Positions 38,593 through 52,299 of a stretch of 64,000 nucleotides of DNA are shown in pieces. Origin of the DNA: Eledone cirrhosa (lineage: Eukaryota). A program made the position numbers and the translations under genes. Positions within the stretch are counted from its first letter, which is position 1. Each line of letters starts with the position of its first letter. The notes under the pieces were generated by a model, which was not told the origin of the DNA, ran no database searches, and saw only the letters and a list, made by a program, of their open reading frames with translations. Location: contig CAXHJY010000130.1 in assembly GCA_964016885.1 (NCBI GenBank), positions 1-64,000 of the forward strand, given 5' to 3'.

Positions 38593-38788
38593 TATATAAA
38601 AAATGAACTTCTCTAGCAGATATTTTATACACAGAATGTATAAGAGCTGCAGTACCTTGCCAGTAAACATCACTGACGATGGATAAAAAAAATCCTAACA
38701 GACTCATATCTGTCCTTCACACACAGCTACTCAGGCACCTACGGCCATAGTATAGCAAGCCATGTCACTCTTCTTTCTTGATTTATAT

Positions 38789-38867
<79 letters not shown>

Positions 38868-39539
38868 GGAGAATAGAAATGGCTGTGTATTTGGTATTTA
38901 AGGTTGGGAATACGTAGAAAGCAAAAACAGGGTGGGTGGGGTGGGATGGGGGGTGGGGTTCCTCATCAGTTGTCTACTGGGGGTCTAGGATATTTCTACG
39001 CTTTAAAGAGAAGATACCACTTCACGCCAGGGCGTCAATAACTGGATAAGTTATTGGGAAAACGAAGGAAGGAGGGAAGAAAAGCAAAGGGGAAGAAAAG
39101 AAAAACAGTAACAAAACAGCGAAAAACCCCCACAAACCCAGTAATGTGCGACAACTATAGGTAGGTAATCCAAGACCACTTGATAATAGAACTTAAGTTC
39201 GAGACCGAGTAATCGAGAGAAACAAGACACACGCCCGATCGCCGCAATATATAAATATATATATGTATATATATATATATATAAACATATATATTGGTAA
39301 ACGGAAAAGAAAATGCTGACAAATTGTTCCCAAGTATTCCAATACGGCAAGGCCTAATGGATTCCCCTTGCAGTACGTACAATCTGGACACTCACACACA
39401 CCTTGGTGTTATGACAATACTATATATCATTTTACACCTTTTATTATTAAGGTTTTTGATGTTCTATTGAGAGAATCGTTTTTACTGAAAATATCGAATA
39501 ATGTACACCATTTTTACCAGTATCACAAAAATACTGGTT

Positions 39540-39659
<120 letters not shown>

Positions 39660-40924
39660 TATATATATACACACACACATACACACGCGTACATTAACAT
39701 ACAAAGAGACATATACACACACACACTTCTCCGTATAAGACAAGAGCTGAAAAATATCTTTTAACATGTTAAAATATCCCCACACACGTACAGACACATT
39801 CCTACTGACCATCCCTCTACCACGAATTACTCTGCTACACACACACACACATGTCTTAATAGGCATTTGAACTGTCAACAGGCTGCGGTTCGCACACACA
39901 TCCCTGCTGACCATTATCACAACAACGAACCTCTTTACTAATACTACTATACACACACATATTTGTTTTGAAAGACTTATTTTTCAGTGACTTCTCAATC
40001 AGCCGACACAAACCTACATTTGGCGCAAAATCAATTTTTAACATTCACATGACCTCTACCGACCAATCAAAATTGTTTTGACCACAAGAATTTTTGCAAC
40101 ACGAATTGGCGCGAAACTTATTTTAATACATCTGGAGCCACTTTTTTCACATAAAACAGGTAGAATTTCCAAAACTAATCAGATTAGAGCAAACATCACG
40201 GGCGCTCTATCTCAAAATTAGTTTTGAAAAGCATTAGAAATGCGCAACCGGTAAAACTTAAAACTAAAACTGAATACTACGCAACCGGTAAAACTTAAAA
40301 CTAAAACTGAATTACTAATTTTTACTTATTCCTAATCTGTTAGAACACGAAAAGTGTGAAACAACAGAATGTTCACTTTTCGTGTTCTAACATATATGCC
40401 TAGCTTCTTTAAAAAATTTTCGGGGATAGCCGTGGTGGTGGTGATCGTATGTCATTGGCTAATTTTCAACCAATCAGAGTACCTCTCTCTATATCTCTTC
40501 CACTGTTACTTACGCCTGTTTCTCTCTATCTGTTCCGTCTCTATATATATCTCTTACTCTTTCGCTTTGCACTCCTCCCCTTCAATACCATCTCTCCCCC
40601 TCTCTATATATTTGTTACTCTATCGCTGCACGCTCCTCTCCTTCAATATATCAATTACACACGCTTTACACTCCTTTATCCCCAGCGCCCCTATATATAC
40701 ACCCCCCCTCTCCCGCATCTATATTTTAATGTACCGTTGCACCGTGAATATATGTGTCTATATATATATACATATATATTGTATATACACATTCATGTAT
40801 GTGTATACACACTCATGTATGTATATACACTGGTTTTATGTGTGTATTGTAAATTTGTACTGTTAAAACACGAAACTAACATTCGATTGACACTTTGATT
40901 ACCTGTACAGGCAATAGTTATTAG

Positions 40925-40968
40925 AATGCTGTTGAAGTGTGTATATATTTTGGGGGGACATCCTGTAT
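40925..40968 (-). mobile_element. Possible orphan Tc1/mariner-type terminal inverted repeat
   Basis: Minus strand TA-CAGGATGTCCCCCCAAAA resembles CAGGGTGTCCC TIRs. No partner found. Confidence 0.3.
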
Positions 40969-41749
40969 ATACACACATTATATATAATACAATAAACAGA
41001 TAAATACACACATATATATATGAGCTTATTTAATTATAAATATTGTGAATTTTTAACTCAGTTCAATTATATATATAAATGGCTTCTACAGGACTAGAAC
41101 TGTTTCATTCGAAAGAAATCATCATAATATTGAGAGCGGGGACTAGATAAAATATTTCAAATCAAATGTGTATAAGTTATAAGTTAAAAAGTATAAATAG
41201 AGACGATAGTGGAGGTATATCTGTTTAGTGGAACAGTAGACGATAGAATTAAATACAGACGATAATCTCCCTTTAATGAAACAGCAGACGATAGAATTAA
41301 GGCAATTTAAATTTTAAGCATTTGCATTTTTGCCTTTCATCGTTACGGGGTCGATAAAATAAAGTACCAGTAATACACTGTCACTAGACGACTTTCAAAT
41401 TGAATTGTTGGTTCCATTCCTTTAGTATTTTCAATTGTAGTTATCTACTTAAAAAGCGTTACACGGTTAGAGACATAATTCGTAAGTTATATCTTCCCTA
41501 TTAAACCATTGCATTATTTCGCCTACAATAGAACAAAAATGAAATGTTCTTTAAAGAAACAGGAATATAACTTTATAAAAAAAAAAGTTGCATCCGCTTC
41601 TTTTATCATTGATAATTTTTTCGTTTTAATATTAATTGTTTTTTGTAGTTGTTTATATTAAAAATCTTACTGTAATATTTACTTAAACGAAGGCAAACAT
41701 CTAAACTTATAGATTAATCTTGAGCGAAGGACTAGATAAATCTCTCTCT

Positions 41750-41869
<120 letters not shown>

Positions 41870-42261
41870 GAAGAATGATAAAATTTCAAGCAAAGAGTTT
41901 AATTAGGTATATTTTGTAATATTATTAACTAATTATTATAATTAACGCGCATATTTTGCTATCCTCAAACACGTTTACACATGGCATGACATATAACTAA
42001 TCCGAGATGGCTAGGTTTCATCTTCTAACTGGATATACGAAATCCATTATGTCTTGACAACAACATGAGGTAACATTATGTTATTCACAGACACACTTTG
42101 TACACTGTTCCATATCAGAATGTATTTCCTTCGTCACATTCACAAACAGTATTGAAAATATGTTCTTCGGCAAATAAAAATGTTTTGTTCATAATATTTC
42201 AACTAGCGATTGCTCTACTCCACGCACGACCACCATAAATTAATGACCAGCTCAACACAAG

Positions 42262-42440
42262 CACAAGTATTGGTAGAGCGTCAGACACCATGCTTTGCAG
42301 TATTGTTATGGTCCTTTGCATTCTAAGTTCGAATCCTGCCGAGGTTAACTTCGACTTTCATACTTACTAATTCGATAAAATAAAGTACCAGTAATGGACT
42401 GCCGTAATGGATTTGTGCCGAAAAATAGAAACACTATTAA
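42262..42440 (+). mobile_element. Diverged tRNA-derived SINE (fragment also at 41322-41381)
   Basis: gtattggtagagcgtcagac...GTTCGAATCCtgccgaggttaac...gataaaataaagtaccag. Confidence 0.75.
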
Positions 42441-42988
42441 TGTGCAATAAGAGCAAAATATAACGACATTGCTCAATTATTTTATCTAATGTTGTAATAA
42501 CACAAGGAAATGTTGTTTGTGTATTTTTTTTTATATTTGCTCATAGGCTTTTACAATTTCGCTCAGCCAACAACTATTAAAAAGTGAGTTGCTTAAGATA
42601 ACAATTTAATCACAAATTGTTGCTATCTTTTAATACACTCCAACAAGTCATCAAATTATGTACAATAAAAACAAATCTTATTAATTTGCTCAGGGAATAT
42701 AAAGAAAATGTATATACACTGATAATTGCAATTGTATGTAAATATTTTGTTTTTGTATTGTATATTTTATGTTTTCTATTATGTATAATATATTGATTTA
42801 ATATTGATTGTTTTTTGTAGTTGTTTATATTAAAAGTCTGAAAATATTTTTATACATCTTACACTAATATTTATAAGATAATTTATAATAACAATTACAT
42901 AATCTAATTACATTACAACGATAATTTATTATTAATATATATCCTGTTTAACTAGAGTTATTACAAGCGTTGCCTTAAAAAAATATTA

Positions 42989-43947
42989 AACTAGACATGA
43001 AAAATGCGCAAGCTCAAAAGTGCCACAGAATGTTATAATAAACCTTCAAAAGTGTGGGACTAGAGTTGTTGCTAAAAAATATTGTAATCATTATATATCG
43101 TACATTCTGTGGCATCCTTTATAAAAATAGCTTAAACCAACGAAGCCTTTATTTTTACGCTATTTCACTTAGTTAATTCTTAGAGTGTAACATATAAAAA
43201 TAAATACATCTATGTTTAATGTAATAACAGCTATAAATAATTACGTAATATTATTATCATATACTCATAGTAACAAAATAATTGTGTTGAAACTTAATAT
43301 GATGCTTATATGAACGATCAAATCTATAATGATAATTTCTTAAATATACTAATAGTAAAATAATTTAGTTATCTATTGTTACATTTTCATAGAACTATAA
43401 TATTAACAATCGTATTGCATTATCAAATTTTTATCACTACAAACTTTCATATTGGAATTACCTTAAGCCACTTATTATTACTTCGCTTTCGTACTTTTAC
43501 AGCTGTAGATATTGCGCTGTATCTTATATCTAATATCAATATCTCGTGGTAATTTGCATGAAGTGTAAAATAGGTTTATTAATAACTTTAATATGAAATG
43601 TATTATACAGGGCTGCGGAGTCGGCCAAAAATTGACTGGCTCCAACTCAGGATCCGATACTCCATTATTTCCTAAATTTCAGCTCCGCAGCTCTGTTATT
43701 ATATTAATTAATTTATTTTATAGTTGTAAATCATATTTTTATATGTTACACTCTAAGAATTAACTAAGTGAAATAGCGTAAAAATAAAGGCTTCGTTGGT
43801 TTAAGCTATTTTTATAAAGGATGCCACAGAATGTACGATATATAATGATTACAATATTTTTTAGCAACAACTCTAGTCCCACACTTTTGAAGGTTTATTA
43901 TAACATTCTGTGGCACTTTTGAGCTTGCGCATTTTTCATGTCTAGTT
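42989..43947. mobile_element. Foldback / MITE-like element with ~215-bp near-perfect inverted arms
   Basis: 42989-43202 is the reverse complement of 43734-43947. AT-rich non-coding spacer. Confidence 0.85.
43608..43695. mobile_element. 88-bp hAT-type MITE nested in the foldback spacer
   Basis: TIRs CAGGGCTGCGGAG / CTCCGCAGCTCTG. 8-bp TSD gtattata / ttattata (7 of 8 match). Confidence 0.75.
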
Positions 43948-44050
43948 AAACTATTTTTCACTGGGAACAATTTGTCAGCATTTTCTTTACCGTTTACCAA
44001 TATATCATAACTCATGTGTTACACCTCTATTCTTTTAAACACACACACAC

Positions 44051-44113
<63 letters not shown>

Positions 44114-44116
<3 letters not shown>

Positions 44117-45783
44117 TGTTATACTTTTGGAGGGTCATGTTGCCAATAAGAAACACACGCACCAGTTGCTTTCACTCCAATTTATTATAAATTAAATTTA
44201 TAAATTTAAGAATTTATAAATTTCCGGTTGGTTGGTTGGTTCCACAACCGGACGGTTGTTCATATATTGTCAAAGTTCTTTCGACACACATTCTGTGACC
44301 TCTTCAGTGACTGGGGATTCTTTTCTTTGTTTTGTGCCTCTCCTTTGTTCGTTCTGTCCTACGCCATCTTGTTTTTGTGTGTGTTGTGTGCTTAGTTTGC
44401 GCATGTGTTATATCCGGGTGTCTGTGTGTGTTTTTATTTGTTTATTTATATGTTACTGGTTGGTTGTTAACAAAAAACAAATCCGCCATTCCCATTATGC
44501 CAAACCCATGACTTCCAAATATCTGATCCACCGAAACTCAGCTGTTTCGGATCACACCAAAATCAACATACTGATTGCGGATTTGATACGGGTGATGAGA
44601 AACGTGTCCCGCATGTGCAACCACAAAGAACTAGAGAGACACATACAGCACTTCATCCATCGTATGCAGTTCTCTGGTTATACTCAGAGAGATAAAATCA
44701 GAGTATATAGAGGAGCCAGAACCAAATGGGAAAAAATGGTAAATAATGATACAAATGGGACCTGCCCCTTGTATAGGAGCAAAGTTTGGAATAGAATAGA
44801 AAGAACTAGGAATAATGTTAATAGAATAAACTCATGGTATGATAGCAATAAATACCAGAGTGTAATGTTCATCAATACAACCCCTAGAAGTGAATTAGCT
44901 TACAAATTAAGAAGGGCCCTAGATAAACTTAAACTTAATATTAAGATAGTAGAAAGACCAGGTACCTCCATAAAAACACTTATTAGCAATACATTCCCTT
45001 TCAAAGACCTCCCTGTATAGATAAGAAATGCATAATCTGTAAACTAAACCCCATATTAACTGTAAAACTAGAAATGTAGTATATAGCATAAGATGTACTG
45101 AAGGACAATGTAAAGATAAGAATATAGTGTACATAGGTGAGACAGTTCGTAGTATAGGAGAACGGATAAATGAACACTGGCGAGAGCTTCAAGATAAAAA
45201 AGAATCATCAATACTCCACCAACATGCTAAAATAGAACATAAGGACAAATTAGAGAACATAGAAATAAAAATAGAATCTACACACAGAAAAGACGCAATG
45301 TTTAGACAAATCACAGAGGCAATAAACATAAATGAACTCCAACCAAAATTAAATAGAAAACATGAATGGAATAGCAACATCACAACTTACAATTAAGGAC
45401 AAAATGAAAACACACACACACATAGAACAAACAACCAACCAGTAAAATGTAAATAAACAAATAAAAACACACAGACACCCGGATGTAACACATGCGCAAA
45501 CTAAGCACACAGCACACACAAAAACAAGATGGCGTAGGACAGAACGAACAAAGGAGAGGCACAGAAACAAAGAAAATAATCCCCAGTCACTGAAGAGGTC
45601 ACCGAATGTGTGACGAAAGAACTTTGACAATATATGAACAACCGTCCGATTGTGGAACCAACCAACCAACCGGAAATTTAAAAATTCTTAAATTTATAAA
45701 TTTAATTTCTAATAAATTGAAGTGAAAGCAACTGGTGCGTGTGTTTCTTATTGGCAACATGACCCTCCCAAAGTATAACAATA
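44114..45783 (+). mobile_element. 5'-truncated PLE (RT thumb + GIY-YIG) with inverted pseudo-LTR at its 5' junction
   Basis: KPMTSKYLIHRNSAV...RMQFSGY; CKTRNVVYSIRC...YIGETVRSIGERINEH...RQITEAI. 44114-44468 is inverted relative to 45433-45783. Confidence 0.9.
45586..45628 (+). ncRNA. Type I minimal hammerhead (inverted copy 44269-44311; mutated copy 896-938)
   Basis: gtca-CTGAAGA-g-GTCAC-cgaatgt-GTGAC-GAAAG-aa-CTT-tgac. 4-bp stem I, 5-bp stem II. Confidence 0.72.
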
Positions 45784-45838
45784 TCGGTTTCAACACACGT
45801 TTTCAGATAAAGAATCTTGCTAAACAAATTCAGAAACG

Positions 45839-45909
<71 letters not shown>

Positions 45910-46404
45910 AGTGTGTGTTTGTGCTAGTGTGTGGGAGTGTGTGGGAGTGGGGGCCTTATATGTGTGCGTGTGTGAATGTGTTTGTAAAGATCTGACCATA
46001 GGCATTGTTAGCTTAAATGAACCTTAAAGATCAGGAGTGGCACCCCCAGTGTGAACCTATCTATAGAATTTGTTCTGCCTTTGTTACTCTAAATATAGTT
46101 TTTAAAGAATTCCCTTTTCTTTAAATCCATCAACCAATGACCTCCACCCATCCCAATGACCACCCTCTCCTACCACCAGAAAATATATAAATACCTCCAT
46201 ATTACTCCCGAATGAGACAGTTCTAGTCCTGTAGAAGCCTTTTCTATATTAAATATATATATATATAAATAACGAAGGAAGTGAGGTAAGGAACCAGGTG
46301 GACCATAACGCACCAGAGTACTCGATACTTTGGGTAGTAGAGTGGGTAAGAGGAAAGGTTCAGGACCTATTTTTGGTCCTGAACCTTTTCCCATATATAT
46401 ATTA

Positions 46405-46440
<36 letters not shown>

Positions 46441-46443
<3 letters not shown>

Positions 46444-46818
46444 GTTTCTATTTTTGGCACAAGGCCAGCAATTACTCAGTACATTACTGGTACTTTATTT
46501 TATCGACCCCGTAAGGATGAAAGGCAAAGTTAACCTCGGCGGGATTTGAACTCAGATCATAAAGGGACGAAACTCTATGCTTCAAAGCATGGTGTCCGAC
46601 TCTCTACCGATACTGCCAATCCATATATATATAATTGTTTCTACTTTTGGCACAAGGCCAGCAATTACTCAGTACATTACTGGTACTTTATTTTATCGAC
46701 CCCGTAAGGATGAAAGGCAAAGTAAACCTCGGCGGGATTTGAACTCAGAATGGCAAGGACCGTTCTGAGTTCAAATCCCGCGGAGGTTTACTTTGCCTTT
46801 CATCCTTACGGGGTCGAT
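46441..46818 (-). mobile_element. SINE cluster: two tandem minus copies (46441-46622, 46633-46757) and an inverted plus fragment (46762-46818)
   Basis: Same family as 17658-17848. Confidence 0.85.
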
Positions 46819-46904
46819 ATATATATATATATATATAATCCATGTATATATAATATAATTTTATATGTATAGAAGTAGTTCCTCAACCGGTTATTCGCCA
46901 TTTT

Positions 46905-46944
46905 CGAGAACAATTTGTTTCACCTAAGACGGATCATCAGCTCC
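46905..46944 (-). ncRNA. Hammerhead in an orphan pseudo-LTR fragment related to the 22.5-kb PLE
   Basis: Minus strand ggag-CTGATGA-tcc-gtctta-ggt-GAAAC-aaatt-GTT-ctcg. Confidence 0.65.
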
Positions 46945-46971
46945 GTTAAAATAAGATTATACGAATACGAA

Positions 46972-47006
<35 letters not shown>

Positions 47007-47026
47007 ACATATATATATATATACAC

Positions 47027-47093
<67 letters not shown>

Positions 47094-47099
47094 ATATAG

Positions 47100-47194
47100 A
47101 TGAGATTCTACAGGACTAGAACTGTTTCATTCTTTAGAAATCATCAGGAATCCTGATGATTTCTAAAGAATGAAACAGTTCTAGTCCTGTAAAA

Positions 47195-47200
<6 letters not shown>
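47100..47200. repeat. Palindrome (50-bp arms, 1-nt centre) of a hammerhead-core fragment; family also at 41081-41125 and 46206-46240
   Basis: tcatcagga-a-tcctgatga; CTGATGA-tttc-taaa-gaat-GAAAC-agttcta-GTC. (TA)n on both sides. Confidence 0.88.
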
Positions 47201-47269
<69 letters not shown>

Positions 47270-47561
47270 AAATTAAAATTAAGGGTTGTCATGTCTGAGA
47301 GACATGGTTATTTTTCTTCTCCTTTGGTGAACATCCAAGAATTTAACTGCTGTGATTTACGGATTAATAGGTGAAATATATTTCTTACTTAAAGAAATAT
47401 AAACAAAGGAGATTAATCATTTTAAAAGGTATCTATATTTGAAGTTCTAGTCAAACTTTAATTAGTTACCTACCTAGCTATGTGTGCTTACATTCTTTAC
47501 AAATTATTCCCTGTAATTGTTTCATGTATTTATTTTATATATATGTCAATCTATTTCTAGT

Positions 47562-47605
<44 letters not shown>

Positions 47606-47607
47606 AT

Positions 47608-47789
47608 AATTGTTTCTAATTTTGGCAGAAGGCCAGCAATTATCCCAGTGTATTACTGGTACTTTATTTTATCGACCCCGTAAGGATGAAAGGCAAAGTT
47701 AACCTCGGCGGGATTTGCACTCAGACCATAAAGGGCCGTAACTCTTTGCTATAAAGCATGGCGTCACCCTCTACCGATACTGCCAATCA
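47608..47789 (-). mobile_element. tRNA-derived SINE
   Basis: Same family as 17658-17848, with (AAT)n flanks. Confidence 0.85.
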
Positions 47790-48003
47790 TAGTAATAATA
47801 ATAATAAATATGAAAACAAAATCGAAAGAGGGCTCGATAAGGATAAACATATATCAAATATACAAGAACCCTAGAGAAAATATTTATTAAAATAACAGAT
47901 TAAAGTTTAATCAAAGAATCGCTGCTTTCACTCTTAACGGGATCTTCTGAAACTAAAAAAATCAATCTGTGAACACAGAAGTAAATATTTCGAAAAACGT
48001 TGT

Positions 48004-49635
48004 TGCTGATACGGTCATACCTTCGGCCACAGGGGTGCAACAGGGCGACCATTCGGGACCCCTCCTGTTTGCCCTTGGTATACACCACATCGCCCGGAGT
48101 ATCACGGCCCTTGTCAATGTTTGGTATCTGGATGATTCTAAATTGGGCGGGCTTGTACAGACTGTCTGCCATGACCTACAATCGGTGGTTCCTGCCTTAG
48201 CAGGAATCGGCCTCCAGGTCAAATCGGCCAAGTCGGAGGTGGTGAATGTCAGCCACAATGCTGAGAGCTTTGCAGCATCCATCTCGGACGTGCGGTCCAT
48301 TCTCCACCAGGTACATGTGACCCCCAAAGAGGATGTCCTCATCCTCGGGTCACCTATCCACCCGCCGGCCATCCGCTCCACCATCAGGTCCAGACTTCAA
48401 CAACTCCAGACTCTCACAAGCCGACTGGGCTTGATTGACGGCCACCCAGCCCTCTTTCTGTTAAGGAACTGCTTCGTCATACCGAAGCTCCTCTATACCC
48501 TTCACAGCGCTCCGTGCTACACTCACACATCTCTCCTCGCTGACCTCGATACTTGTATCCGAGCAGCCAAGGAGATATGCGACGTCAGGTTTGACGACAT
48601 TGGATGGCAACAGGCGACTTAACCTGTCAGGTATGGCAGCCTTGGCCTCCGGTCTCCGATCTCACTGGCTTTGCCGGCCTATCTTTCGTCGGTACCCTCG
48701 TGCCGTGTCCTCGCCAGCAGGGTTCTTCTAAACACAATAGAACCCTCTGTGTTCAGAGAACGTGAGGACGCCTGTGAGACGTGGGACCGGCTGGGACTCA
48801 GCCCAGTAGACGTCCCTCCTTCTAACCCTGTTGACGTCAAGTCCCTCCAGAGCACTTGGGATGCCATCCAGTGAGGCTGGCCTCAGACAAGCTCACGCGC
48901 CTGCTCGACCAGTACCGCCTTGCCTGGTTTCGTGCGGCCTCCAAACCCCACAGTGGTGCCTGGCTCCATGCCTTGCCCTCCTTCTTCACTGGCACGCAGC
49001 TAGATAACAATAGCCTGCGCATCAGCGTTTCTTTAAGGCTCGGCCTCCGGATCTGCGAGCCACACCAACGTCGCTGTGGATAGACGGTGATCCCTTTCGG
49101 CCTCCACCCGCTTTCCTGTCGCCACAGTGCCGGCCGCCTTCCACGCCATGCTGCCCTCAACGAGGTCATAAAGCATGGCTTGGGCGCTGCAAGCTTCCCT
49201 TCCCAGCTCGAGCCAGTGGCGCTGGACCGAGGGGACGGCAAAAGGCCAGATGGCATGACCATCTTCCCGTTCAGCGGTAGAAAACTCCTCGTCTGGGATG
49301 CCACTTGCACCGACACTTTCTGCAGCCGCAACCTGGTTCAGTCTGCGATTAACCCGGGTTCTGCTGCACGTCGGACTGAGGAAGCTAAATTCCTCAAATA
49401 TCGATCGCTCTCCGACAGGTTTGCGGTTGTACCCCTGGCAGTGGAAACTTCTGGTGTCCTCGGCCCCAGGGCTACCTCCCTACTCACCACCATAGGCGCT
49501 GAGCTGGCCAGCTGCAGGTGTGAGCCTCGCGAGTTGGAGTGGCTTTTCCAGCGCGTCTCTCTTGCCGTCCTCCGGGAAAACGCCTTCTCCACCCTGACCG
49601 CCGGGGCTGGGGGAGGGGGGAGGGGGGTATCGCGT
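48004..49635 (+). mobile_element. CRE-like retrotransposon (RT 3' half + RLE), 5'-truncated, nested in a CAGAAGA-family repeat
   Basis: SATGVQQGD..GPLLFAL, VWYLDD, LLRNC..PKLLY.L, RH..LNEVIK, RPDG, WDATC, K..KY. Confidence 0.85.
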
Positions 49636-50859
49636 ATCATTCCATATTTAATTATGGTCGGTATGTGTATGTTTATATATATATTACTTTTATTTTCATT
49701 CAGCATCATTTCATTCTTCATTGTTAGACGATACTTTGGTTCGTGAAGAATTTCCCTGGCAATGAACGGAAAAAAGCGAAGATAATACGTCGTTATGTGG
49801 ACGTTGAGAACAAATACACGCAAAGACGAAACTACGTTTATAGTATAAATGGAGTCATAGACTAATATTCTATATAGAAAACCGAATGATTCCCGGCTTC
49901 GGAGTTAAGAATAGTGTAAATAATTTTTTTTTATTGCTGTTGCTGTCACAATAATTAGTTGAACGGAAATGACAGAGGTTATTAAAATCATAAAAGTAAT
50001 AGTAATTAAATATATACATACACACGTCTATATACGTACATACACGTGCATACGCGAAAAAACACGCCATGCATACATATACATGCACGGACACATAAAT
50101 ACTCGCACACGTACGTAAACCAGCGTGACACATGTACCCTCACACATACGAACGTATGCACCAAATACACATATAAATATATGCGTGTGTGTGTGTATAC
50201 ATATAATTATATATACGTATATAAATATACACACATAAATACTTATATAACGCACACACACACATACCTACAGGTAAAAGCACATATGTTCACCAAACGT
50301 ACATATACCAAAATCTAAAGAACACATATACACACCTTACATACGTGCAAACACGCATACACGCAAATACACTCGCACAAATATGAAATACACATATACA
50401 CAGTTTTGTCTTTGCGTGTATTTGTTCTCAGCGCTCCACATAATGACGTATTATCTTCGCTTTTTCCGTTCATTGCCAGGGAACGTCTTCACGAACCAAA
50501 GTATCGTCTTCCTGTTTTCCTTCGGTTGCAACGTTTTTCGAAATATTTATATCTGCGTTCACAGATTGATTTTTTTAGTTTCAGAAGATCCCGTTAAGGG
50601 TGAAAGCAGCGATTCTTTGCTTAAACTTTAATCTGTTATTTTAATATATATATTTATATATATAGAGAGAGAGAGCATTGCAAGATGTGTAATTAAGAAT
50701 GTATTGGGAATAGTGAATAGAAAATATTATGAAATCTGAGAAGAGTCAAGTAAAGAAAAAAAAAAAAAAAAAGCAACCACAGAAAAATAGATTGTATTCT
50801 ATATTTCATAAGGTTAGAAATTCTTTATCAAATTACGAAAATTCGAGACTTCCTAGTCT

Positions 50860-51530
50860 TATGAGCTATTGTTAGTTGTGTAACTGACCGTTGGTGGAAA
50901 GGTGATATGTACTGACTGGTCACAATAGTCAGTCAGCTCCATGTAGCTCAGATCTGTTGTTAATACTAAGTTTATACCTCTTGATAAGAACAGCCTCATT
51001 GACCTACAAATTACCAGTGTTCCTCTCAGTGGCTTCTCCGGTGACTTCAGTATCCCGGTTGTGGTATTTACGCAAGTGGTTTTCAACAGAGGAAGCACTT
51101 GTGATCATATTATTCCTTGATTCATATGTGTAGCCTCCAGACATTACTTCCAATATTTTACATTTGACATGTATACCACATATGAATTCATGCACATGCT
51201 CCCGTTGTTAATGGGACAATTAAGAGTCTGTATATATCATTAATATATGAGGTTGAATTATGGAGTGTAGTCTCTTCAGTGAAGATCCTAATTGTACCAG
51301 TTATATATTCAGACTTTCCCCCGGTGTTCCACTCGTCGAAGTGTAACAGTTTTAGATAGCATAAGATATCCCTAGGGGTGCTGGCCCCCCTTGATGGTGT
51401 GATGGAATCCTGATATTTGGTGAGAGATACAAGGTAGCAATTTTCAATGAAGACTATTGGAAACACTTTAGTGCAGGGTATTTTTCTCCGTTGTGAAAAA
51501 CGTGAATGGTGAAGTGTAAACACTTTCAAC
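50860..51530 (-). mobile_element. Probable highly degraded LINE-derived fragment(s)
   Basis: Higher GC and coding-like composition in an AT-rich background. No diagnostic motif intact. Confidence 0.25.
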
Positions 51531-52194
51531 TATTCCTCCCAACACAGAAAAACAAACGGGATTATACTTATACCTGAAGTTTTGCGAATTGTGTCGCCTC
51601 ATCTGAAAAAAAACAACCCTAATATTTTTCGATCACGAATACATTGTATATAAAGTCAACATATTGGCTGGAATATTAGATAGAAATAGTGTAGGTAATA
51701 GAGAAGCTACACAAGATTTGAGGCTCAGGAAATTATCAATTTAGTAAAACAATAAAGGCAGACGAAATAATATTTTCAACCTCAAAAATATCTGATTTAA
51801 ACATAGAAAAAAACGTGCTTAAAAATTACCTTTTCCTCTTAACGTTAAGCGTGAAAATTCAATGCCCGGAATCATTTACAATTTATTCTCATGAATTATA
51901 TAAAGACCTGTTTGTAGTAATTTGTATATGTAGTATCAATAAAGATGGTTTGAAGAAATATTTTACTAATAAATTGAATGTTTGTTTACACATTATCAAA
52001 CATGTGATTAAAGTTGTGATTATTGAACCAATTTGTGAAACGTTTCTGATATCATTGTGATAACTCCATTTCTCACTAGTTTAATATTGGGAAAGTTGCT
52101 ATTTTAGAATATGGAATTAGGGAAAACTATTAGGCTAAATAAATTTATTTCTTCAATTAATTAATTTATGCAGGTGATCATGTTTATTATAGGT

Positions 52195-52203
52195 TATATA
52201 AAG
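52195..52203 (+). promoter_or_regulatory. Candidate TATA box of the cysteine-rich repeat gene
   Basis: TATATAAAG about 100 nt upstream of the ATG at 52300 (context accaccATG). Background is AT-rich. Confidence 0.45.
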
Positions 52204-52299
52204 AGTTCTTCTAAGACATTTGTCGAACCTGTCTTTGTTTCGAAGATAACAACCATCACCAGTCTACAACAGGAAAATAAGATAAACCAATTGACCACC

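Noticed and set aside
38673-38705. CTGACGA-tGGAT-a(n)-ATCC-TAAC
   Set aside because: GAAA is missing, so it is degenerate.
39179-39215. cttgataata-GAAC-ttaa-GTTC-GAGAC hammerhead-like motif
   Set aside because: Several core mismatches and a single copy; cannot be supported.
44232-45020. 262-aa ORF as a host gene
   Set aside because: Chance fusion of an inverted pseudo-LTR with a truncated PLE RT thumb.
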